Positions 48,864 to 52,247 of a stretch of DNA of 52,247 nt are shown one piece after another. Numbering within the stretch: the first letter of the stretch is position 1; every line of letters begins with the position of its first letter. Source of the stretch: an uncultured Candidatus Marinamargulisbacteria bacterium. GTDB taxonomy: Bacteria > Margulisbacteria > Marinamargulisbacteria > CAYINU01. The notes beneath the pieces were generated by a model that saw nothing but the letters and a program-made list of their open reading frames with translations, ran no database searches and was not told where the DNA came from. The stretch spans positions 23,110 to 75,356 of the forward strand of contig CAYINU010000001.1 in the NCBI GenBank assembly GCA_964364855.1, written 5' to 3'. Made by a program: the position numbers and the translations under genes.

Positions 48864-50027
48864 ATGCGTTTAACAAAGTTAAGTATCTGTATCGGTGTGG
48901 CGGCGAGTATCGCGTTATCGGCACCGGCCTTTGCTGTCCTGCAAGATGTTCCTGTGACCAATATCCGAACCATGGCCATGGGTGGTGCGGGATTTGCTGT
49001 GGCGGATGATTATGCGGCGCTGTACCAAAACCCGGCGGCATTATCCAATGTGACCAGTCTCAAGTTTAATCTGTTATCGATTCGCGGAGACGTGGCGACG
49101 TCCGTTTTTTCCAATTGGACGAAATTTTATAATGTCTACAACCAGGTGAAAAACTCTGGGGGGAATACGCAAGAGGCAGTTGACTCTCTTGGCCCCCTTA
49201 TTCCAACCAACGTGGCGCTAAATGGTGGCGGCAATGTCGTCTCTGTGGCCGGCAATAGCTGGGGGTTGGGGGTGTTTAATCAAAGCAACTCTGTGGAGGC
49301 ATTGCGTAACCGGTCCAATCCCTATGTTTTGCTAAGTGGCGTGTCCGAAGCCTCGGCCATCATTGGGAAGTCTTTCGGGATCACCCTCATCGGCATCCCA
49401 ATGGATATTGGGTTATCGGCTCGTTATTTTTACCGCTACGAACTCATTGATGGCAGTACTTCAGACACCGAACTTCAGGTGGGTATGGCCCGGTTCTTGC
49501 GGATGGTGAATGGGAGTGAGAGTTTCAATTTCGATCGACTGTCCGGTACGGGGGTCGGGTTTGACGCAGGTGTGTTGATGCCTTTAAAAACGCCTGCCGG
49601 TGACGGCAAATGGGGCGTGGTGGTGCGCAACATTGGTACGCGAATCTCGGGGACGACGACGATTAGCAGCGCCAATGCCTCCTTTTCCGACACGATTCAA
49701 AGCCGAGTGGGCATCGGTGTGGGCCTCAACACGGGTGTTCCCTCCTGGATTCCGGTACTCAATGGCATCGGCACCTTTCTACTGGCAGCGGACTATTACC
49801 TCCCTGTTAATGGCGAAAGCTGGCTCAAGGGTATCCATATTGGGGCCGAAAAGCCATTTTGGATATTCAAGCTGAGAGGGGGTCTTAACCAAGGGTTTAT
49901 TGTGGGGGGTGTCGGGATGCGACTCTTTATACTCGACTTTAATTTCGCCTATAACAAAGAAGCACTCGGGTCGCGAATCAACATTGATCCGATCGACTAT
50001 TACACGTTCCAATTTGGCTTGCTGTAG
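48864..50027 (+). CDS. Putative outer-membrane beta-barrel protein (PorV/FadL/TraF-like pattern)
   Basis: Signal peptide ending APAFA, the N-terminal motif MAMGGAGFAVADDYAALYQNPAAL, and alternating amphipathic beta-strand patterns through to the C-terminus. Confidence 0.55.
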   Translation: MRLTKLSICIGVAASIALSAPAFAVLQDVPVTNIRTMAMGGAGFAVADDYAALYQNPAALSNVTSLKFNLLSIRGDVATSVFSNWTKFYNVYNQVKNSGGNTQEAVDSLGPLIPTNVALNGGGNVVSVAGNSWGLGVFNQSNSVEALRNRSNPYVLLSGVSEASAIIGKSFGITLIGIPMDIGLSARYFYRYELIDGSTSDTELQVGMARFLRMVNGSESFNFDRLSGTGVGFDAGVLMPLKTPAGDGKWGVVVRNIGTRISGTTTISSANASFSDTIQSRVGIGVGLNTGVPSWIPVLNGIGTFLLAADYYLPVNGESWLKGIHIGAEKPFWIFKLRGGLNQGFIVGGVGMRLFILDFNFAYNKEALGSRINIDPIDYYTFQFGLL

Positions 50028-50046
50028 TTAACAAGGGGGGGCTGCC

Positions 50047-50691
50047 ATGACGGTATCCGCTTTGCAGCCCCCTCTTGACGATCGGCTGCGTGCCGCGTTG
50101 ACCGAACTGTTGTCCGAGACGCGCCTGGCGCACAGCGTGCGGGTGTCTGACACCGCCTATCAACTGGCCCAACAGCTGGGGTTTTCGCCAGACGATTGTC
50201 AACGTGTGCAAGTTGCGGGTCTGCTCCACGACGCCGCAAAACAACTCACCCCTGAAAGTCTGGCGGGTCAGATGGGATGCGCTGTATCGGAGTGTCTGCC
50301 TGACCTATGGGCGGCTTTTCCTTCGGTGTGGCATGCCTATGCGGGACCTGCTTTGGCGCAGCGGCGGTGGGGGATCTCCGATCCGATCATCTTAGACGCG
50401 ATGCGCTACCATACGACGGGGAATGACCAGATGACACCAGTGGCCAAGGTTGTTTTTGTCGCTGATTTTGTGGAGCCAGGGCGTACCTTGCCCATCGCTG
50501 GGTACCTAGCGCAGTTAGCGGTGTCTGACCTGGATAGCGCAGTGTATGGCATCACGGTAGTGACGCTGCGGAATCTGATTGTCCGCCAGTTTCAAATTCA
50601 CCCGGCAACGCTAGCTTGTTATAATGCTGCCCTTAAGGCTGTTTCGCCCGAACGGCGTCAGGCTATTTTGACTGCAGTAGAAACGAGTTAA
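50047..50691 (+). CDS. yqeK: HD-domain bis(5'-nucleosyl)-tetraphosphatase YqeK family
   Basis: RLAHSVRVSDTA...GLLHDAAK...RYHTTG HD-domain motifs, in the usual yqeK...rsfS neighbourhood. Confidence 0.8.
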   Translation: MTVSALQPPLDDRLRAALTELLSETRLAHSVRVSDTAYQLAQQLGFSPDDCQRVQVAGLLHDAAKQLTPESLAGQMGCAVSECLPDLWAAFPSVWHAYAGPALAQRRWGISDPIILDAMRYHTTGNDQMTPVAKVVFVADFVEPGRTLPIAGYLAQLAVSDLDSAVYGITVVTLRNLIVRQFQIHPATLACYNAALKAVSPERRQAILTAVETS

Positions 50692-50694
50692 CGT

Positions 50695-52044
50695 GTGAAG
50701 TTTTGGAATCGCTTGAGCCCCGGGACCCGGCGACTGCTCTTTAAGGTTGGCCTGGGCATTGTTCTCGTTTGGCTGGTATTACAGCTCTTGGGTTTTTTGA
50801 TCAGCCGCATTGTGGTGATGAATGCCCTATTATCTTTGCTGTCCTATGACCGGATGGGTGGCGTTAACATTTTGGCCTTTGGTATTGACGATACCAAAGA
50901 CATCCAACGCTCCGACACGATTATGGTGTTTCGAATGGATCTGACTCACAACCGGCTGGGCGTTTTGTCGATTCCGCGAGATACCCGCGTGAGTGTGCCC
51001 GACGTGGGGCTCACTAAGGTCAATCACGCCTTTGCCCGTGGGGGTGCGCCTTTACTTCAAAAGACAGTGGCCGAATTTTTAAATATTCCGATTGATTATT
51101 ACATCCAGGCCGACCTCAATGGCGTCGCCCAATTGATTGATGAAATGGGGGGGGTCACTCTCAAAGTCGACACGGATTACGTGTACGCCGATCGTGCTGG
51201 GAACTATCGGATTGACCTTAAAAAGGGCTACCACCATATGACGGGCCAGGAGGCTGTCGAATTTCTGCGGTACCGTGCGGATGGCCTGGGGGATATCGGC
51301 CGTATTCGCCGCCAACAACAGCTGATGGAGGCCCTCACGCGGCAATTGTTTACTGCCAGTGGGGTATTGCGGATCCCGTTTTTGCTGACGAAGTTTCAGA
51401 GCCATTTTAAGACCAATATGTCCTCTGAACAAACGGTGGGATTTTCCAATTCGTTATTGGGTATTTTTAAAAATGGCCGGATTGAGATTACGACCGTTCC
51501 CGGAGAGGGTACACTGATCGGCGGTGTGAGTTATTGGCGGCCGGATACCTTGGCTCTGGCCCGCACCGTGGACAATGCCTTGTTTGGGCTAAACAACCAG
51601 GCCCCAGAACTTGCGACAGTGGAAACCCAAGATCGCCGCTCCTCTGCCGAAGAAAAGCGGCGTTACCTGACCTACAAGGAAATGCAAGTTCTGGAAGCCC
51701 CGGCGTCGGTGGCGACAGCGGAGCTAAAAGTGGCTGGCCAGTCGTTGGTTATCGAGGTGTTAAATGGAAACGGTACCCCTGGCCAAGCGCGGCGGACAGC
51801 GGATTTGATTCGCGCAAAAGGCTTTAAAATATTACGTGTGGGGAATGCGGCTTCCCACGGATACCAAAAGACGTTGCTGGTAGACTGGAAGGGAAAAATA
51901 GAGCCGGTCGTGCAGTTGGCACAGGTCTTGGGCGTGGATGCGGACCGCATTATCGTGTATAACAAACCCACTAAGCAGTTGGACGCGACATTGGTACTGG
52001 GCGCTGATTGGTCAGAATCTCAGATCGGAGGCTCCCCCAGATGA
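50695..52044 (+). CDS. LytR-CpsA-Psr (LCP) family protein with a C-terminal LytR_C domain
   Basis: N-terminal TM anchor, DTIMVFRMD...SIPRDT...VNHAF LCP core, and C-terminal VLNGNGTPGQARRTADLIRAKGF. GTG start. Confidence 0.85.
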   Translation: MKFWNRLSPGTRRLLFKVGLGIVLVWLVLQLLGFLISRIVVMNALLSLLSYDRMGGVNILAFGIDDTKDIQRSDTIMVFRMDLTHNRLGVLSIPRDTRVSVPDVGLTKVNHAFARGGAPLLQKTVAEFLNIPIDYYIQADLNGVAQLIDEMGGVTLKVDTDYVYADRAGNYRIDLKKGYHHMTGQEAVEFLRYRADGLGDIGRIRRQQQLMEALTRQLFTASGVLRIPFLLTKFQSHFKTNMSSEQTVGFSNSLLGIFKNGRIEITTVPGEGTLIGGVSYWRPDTLALARTVDNALFGLNNQAPELATVETQDRRSSAEEKRRYLTYKEMQVLEAPASVATAELKVAGQSLVIEVLNGNGTPGQARRTADLIRAKGFKILRVGNAASHGYQKTLLVDWKGKIEPVVQLAQVLGVDADRIIVYNKPTKQLDATLVLGADWSESQIGGSPR

Positions 52045-52247
52045 TGGAAACCATTATTTTATCCTTGGCCGCCTTTCTATCCGAACGGCATGCAGAGGCT
52101 GTTGTGGTATATGACGTGGCCGAAAAGTCCAGCGTGACTGATGCCATTGTCCTGGCGTCCGCCAAAAATACCGTGCATTTAAAGGCGTTGGCGGAATCGG
52201 TGTCCCGCTGGTTGGCCGAACATAGAGCCGAGGGCGATGCTGCCGGG
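52040..52247 (+). CDS. rsfS: Ribosome silencing factor RsfS (iojap-like), 3' end cut by the window edge
   Basis: MMETIILSLAAFLSERHAEAVVVYDVAEKSSVTDAIVLASAKNTVHLKALAESV matches the RsfS N-terminal pattern. ATGA overlap with the LCP stop. Confidence 0.8.

Noticed and set aside
51149-51158. G8 tract inside the LCP gene (and a G7 near 31683 inside the ATPase gene) as phase-variation switches
   Set aside because: G7-G8 runs seem generally common in this sequence and these genes are in frame. Without population data this is probably a compositional feature.

Overview
This is a 52.2 kb chromosomal segment from a diderm bacterium, densely coding, with about 50 genes that mostly sit in long co-directional strings with 1-4 nt junction overlaps. 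By eye GC is roughly 50-55 percent; I did not compute it. The gene content (sepF-yggS, UPF0182, LCP, LptA/LptC-like, a fused cbb3 oxidase, beta-oxidation) would fit a non-photosynthetic Cyanobacteria-related or similar candidate lineage, but that placement is a weak inference. Core blocks: (1) ftsE-rseP-tkt-mazG-sepF-yggS-epimerase-nitrilase on the minus strand. (2) A Cys-rich LuxR-type regulator divergent from a complete cbb3 oxidase cluster, ccoI-ccoS-ccoNO(fused)-ccoQ-ccoP(monoheme)-ccoG-DsbD_2/TauE-like; ccoS and ccoQ are short ORFs missing from the supplied track. (3) A minus-strand UPF0182-fmdB-fadD-fadA-fadB-fadE string. (4) An accessory patch at about 26.6-36.1 kb holding a U-box/RING-like protein, a 962-aa protein with a PLP-fold C-terminal half, a lipoprotein, an AAA/DUF4143 ATPase plus a decayed paralog, a CNNM/CBS membrane protein, tRNA-Met, a GDPD protein and an MNT-HEPN toxin-antitoxin pair. 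(5) A long minus-strand string pyrH-frr-uppS-cdsA-dxr-dprA-pgeF-lptA-trxB-like-purQ-purS-like-GT2-TPR-lptC-like-rluB. (6) tRNA-Lys, a lipoprotein plus outer-membrane barrel pair, and yqeK-LCP-rsfS. The most unusual signals are repeat families. A 51-bp (17-codon) tandem repeat sits in frame inside ccoI (2 copies) and, on the opposite coding strand, forms the C-terminal tail of fadD (3 copies), where it also supplies the fadA ribosome-binding site. A short GC palindrome is inserted in frame in yggS. A modular, hairpin-rich block of about 140-250 bp lies immediately 3' of both tRNA genes. No CRISPR array, rRNA, transposase or integrase was seen.
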